Assembly: GCA_963803805.1 (NCBI GenBank)
Contig: CAWDOD010000001.1
Coordinates: 64,001-128,000, forward strand
Source of the DNA: an uncultured cyanobacterium
Lineage (GTDB): Bacteria > Cyanobacteriota > Cyanobacteriia > Cyanobacteriales > CAWCAG01
Length of the DNA stretch: 64,000 bases
Direction: 5' to 3'
Of this stretch, positions 9,129-20,439 are shown piece by piece. The notes under the pieces are model-generated. The model ran no database searches. It had not been told where the DNA came from and saw only the letters and a list, made by a program, of their open reading frames with translations. Every line of letters starts with the position of its first letter. The first letter of the stretch is position 1. The position numbers and the translations under genes were made by a program.

Positions 9129-11194
9129 ATGATTGGTAACATAGCCAGGATTGGAAGAGACAGCTTTAGTAGAGCGGTTAATTATGTAATGAACCGAGAC
9201 TCTGCTCAACTTATATCGACTAATATGCCTACTGCCTTTCAATAAGAACTACCGAGAGGCAACTCGGTCTTTCAGCAGAATCAGCCAACTAAACAAAAGG
9301 GTCAGAAAAGCCTTTGTACCATGTCTCAATCAGATGCGCTCCAGAGGATGAGAAGCCTTCATCTTTGGAGTGGTCAGAGCTAAGCGAAAGGTATCTGGAG
9401 TTAATGGATTTGCAAGATAATCCTTTTGTTGCCACTACTCACGGAGACAACCATATCCACTTACTAGTAAGTAGAGTAGACGACGACGGTAATTGCTATG
9501 ACTCTTCCTGGGACTACCGCAAATCAGAAAAAGCTTTGAGAACAATTGAAATTGAAGGAGGTTACAAACAAGTTCACTCTAGCTCTGAAGTAGGCAAACG
9601 TAGAGATACTAATGGACAAGTGCATCGTATTAGAAAAGAGCAGAAGGAGTACGACAATGGTTTAAGAGAAGAACCACCAGAGTCAAGTAAACGAACTCAA
9701 TTGCAAAAAGCAATTGAGCAAGGGATAGAGCAATCTTCCTCTGTTGAGGGAATTGAAGAATTTTTAAGCAGACAAAACATCCAAACTAAGCAAACACAAC
9801 AAGGCTGGAGCTTCAAAATAGACAATGTTCCTTTTGCTGGCTACCAACTTGGCAACCACTTTACTTTAAATGCCATTAACGAACAAATGACCAGCCAACA
9901 ACCCTCTCAAAAACCGCAGCAGCGCAGTATGGGTGACATCATGCGGCAAGCTGGACAAGAAGTTAACACTTTAGGACAACAAACTCCAATTGGCAATGGT
10001 GAGTTTGACGGAACTGATTTGTTAGGACTTTCGGGTGTTGTTGTTGGTAATGCTTTAGTAGTTGGTGGGTATGTAAGTGATGCGATCGCAAATTTGAAAG
10101 AGCAGTTTGACGCTAAGGGGGAAAAATTCGACTCTTCGGCAGCTAATGCCAGAGTTAAAAAAGCTATCAACGATTTAGAAGAAGCTGGAGAAAAAGTTGA
10201 CAGTCTCCAGGACAGGATTATTAACAATTATCCTGATGCAGACAGATCAGGTGGCAACGAAAGAGCGAGGAGAGTTAAGTCATCGCGGTATTTTAACCAA
10301 GGTGAAAACGCTAATCCTTTAGCTGATGGTGCTGAACTGATTGATGAGAAAATCCAGATTCTTAGCGAGGAGATTCCTGGTGGGCAAGAACTTGATTCCC
10401 AACCACTAAAAATTGACCGCTCCGTTCCCTTTGATCAGCAGCTAGAAAAAGTAGAGCAAGCTGTTGGTCAAATTGAAAGACGTAGCCAAGAACTTGAGGA
10501 TCTAGTCAACGAAGCAGAATTGGCAGAAAGTAAACAGCGTCAAGAGAAAGTGGAGCAAGTTAATGCAGCGACTGCTGCTACCGCTACTGCTAGCTACATT
10601 GAATCTAGGGCTTCTGTTTATAATCTCCCAAAAGATGAGGAAATAGATACTCGCACCATGGGCAAGATGAAAATGTCCCCAGAAGGCGACTATATAGCTA
10701 TTACCAAAGAAGGTCAAGATACTGACTTTGAAGCAGTTCGCGTTGATGATCAATGGCTTGTTACTAAAGATGAACTTACTCAAGAGGAGAAGGAGCGTTT
10801 AGCCTCCTTACCCCAAACGGATCAAGAGTATGCAGTCCAAGCTAACGGCAGAGATTTAGCTGCTTATTTCCAGCGTAACTGTGCCAAAGAATTATCTAAA
10901 GATAAAGGAGTTATTACCTGGTCTGACAAAAGTAATGAGGAGGTGGATTATAGTTTCGAGGTTGAGCGAGATGGAGACAGAACTACGATTCGAGGCTTCA
11001 AAGCTGGAGAAGCTAACTCAGTATTTGAGGTGGATTTGGATGAAGATGGCACAGCTAAAACTTCTCAATGTGAGATTCCCACCAAACATATAGATGGACT
11101 GTTACGAGAGGAACGTCTTCGAGAGCAACGCCGCTTAGCCAAAGAGAAGAAAGAAGAAGAGAAAAGGACTGGTTTAAGTCTGTCCTTTGATTAA
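9129..11194 (+). CDS. MOBP-type relaxase with long C-terminal extension; two +1 frameshifts near 9238 and 9309
   Basis: MIGNIARIGRDSFSRAVNY (motif I Tyr) from ATG 9129; LYHVSI (motif II) and HGDNHIHLLVSR (HUH motif III) in ORF 9314..11194. Confidence 0.85.
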
Positions 11195-11224
11195 CAACAA
11201 ACCATAAATGATAGGAGTTTTATT

Positions 11225-11809
11225 GTGCAACGAAACAATTTGGCCAAAATGACTTGGTTAGAGGCAGCGAAGAAAAAGTTTAACCTGACTGATAATGATG
11301 TTATATCCATTGCTGTTTGCATTATTTGTGCCTGCTACTTTCTAATTACACAACCCTTAACCTCTTTGGTTTTTACCTTCGCTGCGATCGCAACGGTATC
11401 AGCAAGAGTTATTGTCCGCTCTATTCCAGTTCTAGAAAGAATCATCGGAGCCAGGATAAAAACTTGGCATATCGCCTCAATTATTTCAGCCTGCACAGTT
11501 TTATTCGGAGGTATTCTACATCTTCCGGCTGAAGCTGCCATGTTTCAGGCAATTGAGGATTCAGTTACTGAAGTTTTAAGTGAAAGCGGTATTGATTCTG
11601 GAATTGTAGAAGCAATTTTTACAGTCTTCCGAATCATTGTTATCTTTGCTTTTCTAGCAGGTGGTGTCGCTCTAGCAACACAAGCACTGCAAGGCGGTAA
11701 CTGGCAACCCCTAGCGAGTTTGATGGGTATTGGCATTGGTTTCGTAATTACCATTGAGATTCTTACCCGATTAGTACTTGAGACTGGCGGCGGCGGTGCT
11801 GCTCCCTAA
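11225..11809 (+). CDS. T4SS pilin-like (VirB2-like) membrane protein
   Basis: Hydrophobic leader ending AEA, then two TM helices; directly upstream of the VirB4-like gene. Confidence 0.55.
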   Translation: MQRNNLAKMTWLEAAKKKFNLTDNDVISIAVCIICACYFLITQPLTSLVFTFAAIATVSARVIVRSIPVLERIIGARIKTWHIASIISACTVLFGGILHLPAEAAMFQAIEDSVTEVLSESGIDSGIVEAIFTVFRIIVIFAFLAGGVALATQALQGGNWQPLASLMGIGIGFVITIEILTRLVLETGGGGAAP

Positions 11810-11824
11810 AGAGTTCCGTAAAGG

Positions 11825-14800
11825 ATGTTCAGTCAAGTAAGTATAAGGAAGGAAGGTGGAGTAATGGCTTTAAGAGTAGAAGATCCTGATAAGGAACCAA
11901 TCAAGACCAACCAAATTCTCAATAAAGCTGCATCTGTAGGGCCTATACCTGCTTACCAGTTATTCCCTTGGGCATTTCTTATCTCTGCTAGCTTCTTACT
12001 TACCTACGGAATCACTGATTTAGGTTTTCCCTACTTCATGGGAATATCTACCTGGCTAATCTCTACCTGGTGGGCGCTGACGGGAAATAAAATTTACAAA
12101 TATTTGGATCGTTGGTTTCGTCCACCAGGTGAAAAAACAGGTGGAGACTGGATTAATGCTAAGACTCTTTGGGTTTCTGCCGAAGACAAAGGTAGCTTTC
12201 GTCGCAAACTAAAAAGCAAATTAAAGCCAATCAAAGGGAAAGATGGGAGTAAATATATGCCTTTCCAAGACTACGTTGATCTCCATTGCATTGTCAGCAT
12301 TGAAATGGGTGGACACAAATTTGCTGCCCTGCTACTCAAAAATCATAAGGAGAAAGATGAAGAAAAAGGTTGGTCAGCCGTAATTCCTTTTAGGTTAAAA
12401 GGTTTGCACGACCAATTGTATAACGACGAAATTATCAATCAAGCAGAAGCTATTTCTCAGGCTATGCAGCAAATGCCTGATAAAGAGACTTTGACTATGA
12501 TGATGGGTTGTCGTAGTAGTTCTGAAGATCGTGAAGAGTTTTTAGAACAAATAGCAAGCCAGGAAAACTGCCCTTTTCCTTCTCTAAGAGTACTATTGCA
12601 TAACGAGCAACTTCGTAATCGGCAGTTAGCTCAACAAGGTAATCGTCAGCTTTGGGAACAATACGCTTTTTGTACCTGGACAGGGCGTGTTAACTCTTAT
12701 AAAGATAAAGATATAACTGGCAAGATTACAGGTTTTCTATTTGGTGGAACCAAAAGAATCTGGCGTAAGTTCACTCGTAGCTTTGCTGGTACGGCAAAGT
12801 CTCACCAAAAAGCCTTGTACGCTTCTTTAGCTAAGAACATCTATCAAGATGGGTTTATGCCTTGGCGACTTTTCCTCGAAACTAAATCCCAGCTTGAAAT
12901 TGAGATTTTAAACGAAGAAGAGATTTGGGAATGGCTGTGGTACAGATTTAATAACCGCTCTCCTGAACCAATTCCACAATTAGTTAGTGTCAAAACTAAC
13001 CCTGAAGCACAAGGAGGAATGGAAACAAGCATTCAAGTTAGTAGTGAGTTTGATCCCGCAACAGTATTGATAGATGGTGAAGAGGGACATACAAACTGCC
13101 CCAGCACTAACGGTAGTAGGGAAAGAGTCTATGTTAACCGTAAAGTAGTTGGTGTTCTGGCCATGGAGGAATACCCTCAGCAGTTTCCTAGTTTACGAAA
13201 CTCAATGCAGTGGATGTGGCAACATCTGAGTGACCCTTACACAAGGGATACAGAGGTTTGGGTACAAGTTCAGAACTCCAGCAAAGCAATTGAAAAAGAT
13301 AACTTACAGAAGATAGCTAAGCAATCAACCTCTGCCCACAAAATGTCTGCCAAATATGGTTCTGGACAAGACGTTGCTGCAACCATGAAAGAGAAGCAAT
13401 CCTATGAAGCCCAACGCCGTTTTTACGAAGGTACTCGCCCTTTATATGTTGCTCCAGTATTTCTGGTTTATCGTGATAATTCTCAAGACCTCAATAAAGC
13501 TTGCGCTTTACTATGTAACAGTTTTGGTGGTGCTGTTGTAACCAGAGAGCATAGCATTGCTTGGCGATATTGGTTAGAGACTCTACCTATTAACCAACTA
13601 AGACTACTTTGTTTTGGTGGTGCGCTAACTCAGCGTCGTCCTAAAATCGATTCTGATTCAATACTAGGGCTAATGCCCTTAACTCGTCCTCGTTCTCTTA
13701 GTCCAACTCAAGGGGTTGAATTCTTAACGGATCGTGGCGGACATCCTATAAGTATTGATCTTTTCCCAGATAGTGAAAGAGCCGTAATTATGGCTCGAAG
13801 TGGTGGGGGGAAATCGGTTATGGGGGCAAGGTTTATTCTTGATGCGATCGCAAAAGGTATTCCTGTTGTGTGTATGGATCAAAGTACTGAAGGTAGTGGT
13901 ACTTTTGAACTTATTACTAAGCTATTAGGTGATAAGGGAGCCTACATCAACATATCCAGAGAATCTTTTAACCTAATTCAACCTCCTGACCTTAGACACC
14001 TTGAACCTGAACTACAAGTAGAGAGGTTTGATAGATGGAAAGACTTCATTCGTCAAGCAATTGTTGCTATGGCAATGGGGCAAATTGACAATGAGCAATT
14101 AAGAGAAAGGGTTGATTCCCTAACTATTCAGTTGTTAGAAAACTTCTTTAATGATCAGCAAATAATAGAACGCTATAACGAAGCCTTTGAATATGGTTGG
14201 AAGTCTTCTGCTTGGAAGCGGATGCCCACTTTACATGATTTGTTAGGTTTTTGTAGTAAAGAAAAGCTAGGTTTGCGCTCTTATGAAGATATGGATAAAA
14301 GGGCATTAAATCAGATTGTAGCCCAAATTCAAGCTAAACTAGCTGACCCTAATATAGGTAAAGCTATTGGTAAACCTAGCACTATTTCTCCCTACCCAAT
14401 TATGAAAGTTTTCGCACTTTCTGGGTTAACTAATGAATCTAACAGTTACATTATGAGTTTAGTAGCTCAAATGGCTTGTATTACTACTTCTTTAGCTCAT
14501 AAAAAGAGTCTATTTGTAGGAGATGAATTATCAGTTCTTTTATCCAAAAGAGGCTTTGCTGATATGGTTGGAGAACTGTTTGCTACTGGAAGAAAAGAGG
14601 GAATCAGTTGCTTGATTTTAGCTCAAGATATAGATGCTATTGGTAACTGTTCTGCCGCGCCCAAAATACTACAGAACCTCAACTATATTATTACTGGATC
14701 AACAACAACAGGAGCAGTCGATTCTTACGAGAAAATTCTTGGTTATCCTAGAGAAATTATTGCCAAGAATGCTTCAGAAGGTTTTAGACCAAATTCTTCT

Positions 14801-15079
14801 GAGTATTATACGATGTGGACTGTAGAAGTTGATGGACGTTTTCATACTCCCTTACGCTACTATCCGGGAGCAATGACTTTAGCTGTACTGGCAAATAGTC
14901 AAGATGAAAAAGCCGCTCGTCAGAGAGTTTTAGATGCTTATCCTAGCGATTTAAAAGGTCAATTAGAAGGTTTAAAAGCATTTACCCAAGAGTACATATC
15001 TGCTTTGAGAGGATATAAATCTCTTAAGGCTATTGGGTATGAAGATAATACTAAGAAAAAGCGCATCAAAGTTTCTTAG
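11825..15079 (+). CDS. virB4: VirB4-like T4SS ATPase with N-terminal TM (VirB3-like) region; likely start 11864
   Basis: ARSGGGKS Walker A, FVGDELS Walker B, ATGRKEGISCLILAQD; size and context. Confidence 0.85.
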   Translation: MFSQVSIRKEGGVMALRVEDPDKEPIKTNQILNKAASVGPIPAYQLFPWAFLISASFLLTYGITDLGFPYFMGISTWLISTWWALTGNKIYKYLDRWFRPPGEKTGGDWINAKTLWVSAEDKGSFRRKLKSKLKPIKGKDGSKYMPFQDYVDLHCIVSIEMGGHKFAALLLKNHKEKDEEKGWSAVIPFRLKGLHDQLYNDEIINQAEAISQAMQQMPDKETLTMMMGCRSSSEDREEFLEQIASQENCPFPSLRVLLHNEQLRNRQLAQQGNRQLWEQYAFCTWTGRVNSYKDKDITGKITGFLFGGTKRIWRKFTRSFAGTAKSHQKALYASLAKNIYQDGFMPWRLFLETKSQLEIEILNEEEIWEWLWYRFNNRSPEPIPQLVSVKTNPEAQGGMETSIQVSSEFDPATVLIDGEEGHTNCPSTNGSRERVYVNRKVVGVLAMEEYPQQFPSLRNSMQWMWQHLSDPYTRDTEVWVQVQNSSKAIEKDNLQKIAKQSTSAHKMSAKYGSGQDVAATMKEKQSYEAQRRFYEGTRPLYVAPVFLVYRDNSQDLNKACALLCNSFGGAVVTREHSIAWRYWLETLPINQLRLLCFGGALTQRRPKIDSDSILGLMPLTRPRSLSPTQGVEFLTDRGGHPISIDLFPDSERAVIMARSGGGKSVMGARFILDAIAKGIPVVCMDQSTEGSGTFELITKLLGDKGAYINISRESFNLIQPPDLRHLEPELQVERFDRWKDFIRQAIVAMAMGQIDNEQLRERVDSLTIQLLENFFNDQQIIERYNEAFEYGWKSSAWKRMPTLHDLLGFCSKEKLGLRSYEDMDKRALNQIVAQIQAKLADPNIGKAIGKPSTISPYPIMKVFALSGLTNESNSYIMSLVAQMACITTSLAHKKSLFVGDELSVLLSKRGFADMVGELFATGRKEGISCLILAQDIDAIGNCSAAPKILQNLNYIITGSTTTGAVDSYEKILGYPREIIAKNASEGFRPNSSEYYTMWTVEVDGRFHTPLRYYPGAMTLAVLANSQDEKAARQRVLDAYPSDLKGQLEGLKAFTQEYISALRGYKSLKAIGYEDNTKKKRIKVS

Positions 15080-15085
15080 TTACAA

Positions 15086-15979
15086 GTGTCCCAACTAGCA
15101 AATGCAAGGAGGTCGTTCTCTATTTTAAAAACGAGAAAAACAATCAGCAAACTATTAGCAACACTAGTTGCTTCTTGTTTAATTTCTGCTCCTGCGATCG
15201 CGCAGCAGCAGGGAAACAATAAGAGTACTAATTCAAAAACTACCAAGACAACTCAGCAAGTAGACGCTAACCAAGCAACAGGAAGCTCTGACGGGGACTT
15301 TTTTAGTGGGATTAATTCTGCATTAGATGATGCCTCGGCATTTGTCACTGATGTGCAGAGTGATATTTCCAGTGTCCTCTCTGGTGACTTTTCACCTTTA
15401 GGAGGAGAGGTTGAGCAAATTGCCGAAGATAATTTTGGAGAATTGGGCCTTCCTGATTTTCTAGGGATGGAAGAAGATATTGATAATTCTTCCACTGAAG
15501 CCCTGGCTCCTATATCTGAAGCCCTTGGTATACAGTCTGGTGAAGAGGGTTCCGTAACTTCTCTTAAAGAGTCTCTGAAGACTTCTTTAAACGCCAATGT
15601 TGCAAAGGCACTGTCAAACGATAGTGCTTTAACTAAGGAAGCTCAAGCCGAATCTGCAAAAAAAGCTGATCTTGCTGCTGAAGCCAATGACACCTCCAAA
15701 GAGCTAAGTGAAGAGGCTCAAAACACTGATGTAACTCAACACATCATGCAGGACATCTCCCAACAGATGGCTAAGCAACAAGAAGCCTCGACACTGCTTT
15801 TAGCAGAAGCCCAACAGTCTCGACAAGCTGATGCAATCAACAATCTGTTGTCAGCAGAAGCTCTTGAAGAGTTGAACGGTGCTAATGCTTCTAAGACAAG
15901 GGAGAACTCTAGTATGAGTGAATCCGAGTCTGTTGTTGGAGGACAGATGGGAGTTTTTGGTACAACTATATCTGAGTAG
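15086..15979 (+). CDS. Secreted helical T4SS component (VirB5-like position)
   Basis: Signal peptide ending PAIA; Q/A/E-rich helices, AQNTDVTQHIMQ; lies between VirB4 and VirB6. Confidence 0.55.
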   Translation: MSQLANARRSFSILKTRKTISKLLATLVASCLISAPAIAQQQGNNKSTNSKTTKTTQQVDANQATGSSDGDFFSGINSALDDASAFVTDVQSDISSVLSGDFSPLGGEVEQIAEDNFGELGLPDFLGMEEDIDNSSTEALAPISEALGIQSGEEGSVTSLKESLKTSLNANVAKALSNDSALTKEAQAESAKKADLAAEANDTSKELSEEAQNTDVTQHIMQDISQQMAKQQEASTLLLAEAQQSRQADAINNLLSAEALEELNGANASKTRENSSMSESESVVGGQMGVFGTTISE

Positions 15980-16022
15980 TTTGTAGCTAGTAATTTTGCT
16001 CTCTTTATCTAAGTAGTTGATT

Positions 16023-16057
16023 TGGTAAGGAGGTCAATCTCCTTACCATTTATTTCC
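16023..16057 (+). terminator. Stem-loop with T-rich tail
   Basis: TGGTAAGGAG-gtcaat-CTCCTTACCA followed by TTTATTT. Confidence 0.6.
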
Positions 16058-16067
16058 CTTTTTTAAT

Positions 16068-17171
16068 ATGTTTTTATTTTCTCAAGTACAACCTGGCTCA
16101 GACTTGCTAAGGCAAGGTATAGATGTAGCTCAAAAGACTTCTGCTTCTTGGGATAGCTTATGGGATGAAGCAATTAATCCTTCTAATGGACTCTGGGGAG
16201 GATTGGTTGAGTTGGCATTATTTATTGCAGGCTTATCAATTGTGATTATGGCTGTGCAAATTGCAACTAATTTTCAAAACAACGCCTCTTGGTCTGCGCT
16301 AATTGAATCGTTTATTTGGCCTTTAATTATCATTTTTTTCTTGGGTGGTAGGGGGACGTTTTTAGCTGATTCTGTCCTTGCTGTTCGAGCTATTGGGCAG
16401 CAGCAAGTTACTGAGGTGTTAGAGTCACAATTAGGGAGCGTAACTTTTAAAGATGCTCTAATGCAAGTTAGAGATAACAACATGGCAGCAAACAGAGTGC
16501 ATGAAATTTATGGAGCTTGCCGAAACTTAGCTGAGCCAGAATTTTCCGAATGTATTCAAGATCCCAACAAACAAAGTGAAGCTAGAAGTGAACTGAATCA
16601 AATTCAGGGCGGTGGTTCGGATTTAGATCCAGCTAACAAACTACTTGATAAGATTACTCGTCTTGTACCAGGGGCAGGGGCAGTTAGTACAGCCAAAGAT
16701 GTTGTGGAAGCTGGTGGTATTAAAGAGTTTATGCAGTCAGAGATCATGGACTTGATCATGACCCTCCTCTGGGCATTGCAAACAGCCTTCATCAATATTT
16801 TAGAAGCTTCACTACTTCTAACTGGTGTATTTGCACCAATAGCAATGGGACTATCAATATTACCCTTAGCGGGTAAACCAATCCTTGCTTGGTTTAGTGG
16901 TTTTATTTCTTTGATTGGGGTACAACTGGGATACAACATCATTATTGGTATTGGCGCAACAGTAATGGTAGAAGCAGATGCGGAACTTGCTTCTGATTTG
17001 TCATTTTTACTTTTTCTTTCTATTTTTTCCCCTATTTTATCTGTGTTAATTGCTGGGATGGGAGGAACAGCTTTATTCCAATCTATGTCACGAAATTCGG
17101 CAGCAATGGCATCCAAAGTAGGGGGGACAGTTAGCTCTTTAGTTTTATTACCTGTTAAATATTTCGCATAG
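16068..17171 (+). CDS. VirB6/TrbL-like polytopic T4SS membrane protein
   Basis: Two N-terminal TMs, periplasmic loop with Cys pair, four or more C-terminal TMs, ILEASLLLTGVFAPIAMGLS. Confidence 0.7.
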   Translation: MFLFSQVQPGSDLLRQGIDVAQKTSASWDSLWDEAINPSNGLWGGLVELALFIAGLSIVIMAVQIATNFQNNASWSALIESFIWPLIIIFFLGGRGTFLADSVLAVRAIGQQQVTEVLESQLGSVTFKDALMQVRDNNMAANRVHEIYGACRNLAEPEFSECIQDPNKQSEARSELNQIQGGGSDLDPANKLLDKITRLVPGAGAVSTAKDVVEAGGIKEFMQSEIMDLIMTLLWALQTAFINILEASLLLTGVFAPIAMGLSILPLAGKPILAWFSGFISLIGVQLGYNIIIGIGATVMVEADAELASDLSFLLFLSIFSPILSVLIAGMGGTALFQSMSRNSAAMASKVGGTVSSLVLLPVKYFA

Positions 17172-17182
17172 TGGTTTAGATA

Positions 17183-17926
17183 ATGGCTCAAACAAATAAT
17201 AAAGTCAAAAAAAATAGCAGGTTTGACCTTTTCACTAATTCTTCTGCTGCCCATGAAGGTAAAGTAGTTCTGGCTTTGATGGTTTTAGCAGGTTGCTTTA
17301 TCTGTTTAACTTTTGTAACGGCTTGGATTAGTTTTACTAACCGTGCTTTAGCAGTGCGGGGTCAAACTTTTGTACAACTAAATAATGGTTCTGCTGTTGA
17401 GGCTCAAGAAGAAGATGAGAACTTTCGTAGTGAAGAAGTACTGCAAGAAGCTGTGGCTCGATGGACACAACTAACTTTTGAATGGGATAATACCATTCCA
17501 AACTCTACTGCAACAGACCAAGGCTATGAAGTTGGTAGTGATGGCAGAATAACTAGTCGTGCTTACTTTGCTTCTTATTTGCTAGAAGATGGCGCTCAAG
17601 GTGGCTTTAGAGAAGAGTTTTTAGAGAAGTTGGGAGAATTGACTCCTGGTGCAGTTTTTGATGGCAGTGTCAAAAGCGTGGTTCGTATTTACGACGTTTC
17701 TAAGCCACGTCGTATTGCTCCTGGTAAGTGGGAGGTAGATTTGGTTGCTACCCGCTACCTTCAGGGGCAAACCGACGGTATTGAATTTAACCGCACATTT
17801 ACCCTTCAAGCAGTTAGACCAGCTTCTTTAGCATTGGGGGAAGAAGAGCCTAGCGCTTATCGTCGCCAAATCTATAGCCTTCTTAGTGCTGGTTTGATAA
17901 TTACAGAGATTGTTCCCATACAGTGA
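17183..17926 (+). CDS. VirB8-like T4SS protein
   Basis: Single TM, TFVQLNNG, KWEVDLVATR..FNRTFTLQAV, GLIITEI. Confidence 0.65.
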   Translation: MAQTNNKVKKNSRFDLFTNSSAAHEGKVVLALMVLAGCFICLTFVTAWISFTNRALAVRGQTFVQLNNGSAVEAQEEDENFRSEEVLQEAVARWTQLTFEWDNTIPNSTATDQGYEVGSDGRITSRAYFASYLLEDGAQGGFREEFLEKLGELTPGAVFDGSVKSVVRIYDVSKPRRIAPGKWEVDLVATRYLQGQTDGIEFNRTFTLQAVRPASLALGEEEPSAYRRQIYSLLSAGLIITEIVPIQ

Positions 17927-17936
17927 AGTTAAGAAT

Positions 17937-19703
17937 ATGGCAAATGAAGTCAAAGAAGAAGCAGTTGTAGAATCAAGAATTGGAACATCTCAAGATGGAG
18001 AGCTTTCTCCTGAAGATGAAAAAGCTCTTGCTGGATTAGAAACCGACAGTCCCTCAACTGCTGAAACTGAAGCAGAAGAGGAGGAGGTAGCTTTACTCTC
18101 AGAAGAGTATCAGTACCCACAAGATGTTGAAGATCCAGAGGAACGGGATGATTCTCAATCTCCTGTTTCTCGTACTGTTGTTGTTGCAGTAATTTCTGGT
18201 CTTATTGTTGGTTTGGGAGCTTTAATTGCTATTTTTGTCGGAGGTGTTGGTTGGGGTGACAAAGCAGCAGAACCTGAACCAGCAGAAGATACTACTGTTT
18301 TTGAAGAGGAGCAGAGGGAGAATGAAGCTGCTAGGTATCAAACTGAGCTAGCCTTGAGTGATCAGCAAGCAGCACAGGAAGGAGAAGAAGATAACCCGGA
18401 GACTCCTGAAGGGGAAGGAGGAGCTACTACTGTCGTTGCGGCTGGGGATACTCAAGCTGAAGGTGAGGAATCTACATCTGATGATTCTACTTCCTATAGT
18501 TCACCTAGTCGTAGTAGTGGCGGTAGTAGTGGGAGTAGTTCTAACACTACTTCTTATACTCCACCCAGTCGCAGTAGTGGCGGTAGTAGTTCATCTTATA
18601 CCCCACCACCAGCTTCTACTCCTTCTTCAGCACGGACAACTCCATCCTTTTCTTCTGGTAATGGTGGCAATGACAATGACAACGGTTCCTTTTCACCTCC
18701 ACCAACTCCAGAACCTCAAGATCCTCTAGAGCAATGGCAATTGTTAGCTTCTTTAGGTGAGGAAGGGGCTATTTTGCAAGAAGCAGAAGCGGTTGAGGAG
18801 GCTAACGAGAGTAGTAGAAGTAGAAGTGAAAGTGGTAACAATGGTGGTAACTCTGCTCCTGCTTTTACAGGAAAAGGGGGAGGTAATAGGGGCGTTTCCC
18901 AAGTAACTATCGGCAATCCGCAATCTCCTTCTAGAAGTAACTTTAGAAGTAGGGGTGCAAGGGGGATTATTAATCGCCGTAAGGCAAGAGATTTTTCTAG
19001 TAACACTGGTGGTAATCAATCTAACAATCAGCCTCAACGTTATCAAATTCCTATTGGTTCTGTTGCTAGAGGAAAGGTTTCTGTTCCTATCGTTTGGAGT
19101 AGTGGTGAGAGCGGATCTCTAACTCAAGGTCGCTTTACGATTACTTTAGCAGAACCGTTGCGGGCAGCAAATGGAGATGTAGCTCTACCCAGAGGAACAG
19201 TGATTGTTACTCAAGCGCAGAGTATAGCTAGTAATGGGTTAGTTAGCCAGTTCCCTATTGCGATCGCATATCGTGATCGCAGGGGAAATTTGCTTCAACA
19301 AGAAATTCCCCCTGATAGCTTTTCGATTCGGGGCAGTAATAATGCTCCTTTAATAGCTCGGAATTTACGAGATCCTGGAGATGCGATCGCGCAGCAGGAT
19401 CTTTTAGTTGGGATTTTGGGGGCTGGCGCTCGTGCTACTGAACTTATTAATGAGCCTGATGAGGAGTTTGTTGATCAACGTGATACTCGCTTTTCCTCAA
19501 CTAGCCGCCGCTCTACTACAAGGGAAGATAGAGATATTTTAGCTGCTGCTTTTGAAGGTTTTTTCGGTATCACTAGGGATAGGTTAGTTGAGCGCTCAAA
19601 CCAAGCGACACAGGAGTTGTTGAACAGACAACCAGTCTTTGTTGTTGATCAAGGGACTGGGGTTACGGTTATTGTTAATAGCTTTTTGGAGGTTAATAGG
19701 TGA
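17937..19703 (+). CDS. VirB10/TrbI-like T4SS core protein
   Basis: Acidic N-terminus, TM, S/P-rich linker, C-terminal IPIGSVARG..ALPRGT..GTGVTVIVNSFL. Confidence 0.8.
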   Translation: MANEVKEEAVVESRIGTSQDGELSPEDEKALAGLETDSPSTAETEAEEEEVALLSEEYQYPQDVEDPEERDDSQSPVSRTVVVAVISGLIVGLGALIAIFVGGVGWGDKAAEPEPAEDTTVFEEEQRENEAARYQTELALSDQQAAQEGEEDNPETPEGEGGATTVVAAGDTQAEGEESTSDDSTSYSSPSRSSGGSSGSSSNTTSYTPPSRSSGGSSSSYTPPPASTPSSARTTPSFSSGNGGNDNDNGSFSPPPTPEPQDPLEQWQLLASLGEEGAILQEAEAVEEANESSRSRSESGNNGGNSAPAFTGKGGGNRGVSQVTIGNPQSPSRSNFRSRGARGIINRRKARDFSSNTGGNQSNNQPQRYQIPIGSVARGKVSVPIVWSSGESGSLTQGRFTITLAEPLRAANGDVALPRGTVIVTQAQSIASNGLVSQFPIAIAYRDRRGNLLQQEIPPDSFSIRGSNNAPLIARNLRDPGDAIAQQDLLVGILGAGARATELINEPDEEFVDQRDTRFSSTSRRSTTREDRDILAAAFEGFFGITRDRLVERSNQATQELLNRQPVFVVDQGTGVTVIVNSFLEVNR

Positions 19704-20401
19704 AAAATTTATGGAGTTTGTTATGTTTCTCTTTTTTGGCTATTCCTACTATTGCTAATGCTCAACCAGATGTGGGGGTAGACATTATTGAAGAAGTTAC
19801 TCAAGTGCAAATTTTTCCTGGTCGCGCTAGTGCTATTCAGTTTCCCAATGATGAGGTAATTTCTTACATCTTACTTGCGGATCAAAGTAAGATTGTTTAT
19901 ACCACTAATGCGCCATTAGAAACTGGTTTGGCTCAAATGGTGTTTTTAAGGCTCATTGACCCACTTTTTATCCCTGGTACAACGTCACCGCCAGAGAGTT
20001 TGACTACTGTAGAAACTGAGACTGATGTAGGTCAGATTTACGCCCCTGTTACTAACTTATCAGTTGTGACTGTAGATGAATCTGATAATCAGATACTCTA
20101 CGTTTTTAACTTAGTTCCCAACTCTGCAAACCTCCCAGAAGGGAATAATGGAGTTGAGCTTTTACTGGCTACAGCAGGGTCAAATATTGACTTAAATGGT
20201 GTTCAACTTATTGATGTGCAAATAGGGTTAGAATTAGCTATTGAAAGGGAGTATACCGAGCCTGATGATCCTATTGTGAGAAGGTTGAGAAGGTTAATAG
20301 AGATGGCTATTGAATCGGAGCGTTCTATTGCTGATCTTGCTGATGAACTAAATATCAATGGGGAAGTTATTCTTAGTTTGGTTGAGATTGCTCAAGATTG
20401 A
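19700..20401 (+). CDS. VirB9-like secreted T4SS protein
   Basis: Signal peptide; VQIFPGRASAIQF..ISYILLADQSKI; GTGA-type overlap with VirB10. Confidence 0.6.
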   Translation: MKNLWSLLCFSFLAIPTIANAQPDVGVDIIEEVTQVQIFPGRASAIQFPNDEVISYILLADQSKIVYTTNAPLETGLAQMVFLRLIDPLFIPGTTSPPESLTTVETETDVGQIYAPVTNLSVVTVDESDNQILYVFNLVPNSANLPEGNNGVELLLATAGSNIDLNGVQLIDVQIGLELAIEREYTEPDDPIVRRLRRLIEMAIESERSIADLADELNINGEVILSLVEIAQD

Positions 20402-20439
20402 TTGGTAGAATTTGTCTTTAGGAATTACCTGGTTCTATC

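Noticed and set aside
16604-17254. 216-aa minus-strand ORF
   Set aside because: Antisense shadow of the VirB6-like gene; same for the other short ORFs nested inside long genes
18490-18640. AGTAGTGGCGGTAGTAGT repeats
   Set aside because: Encode the Ser/Gly/Pro linker of the VirB10-like protein
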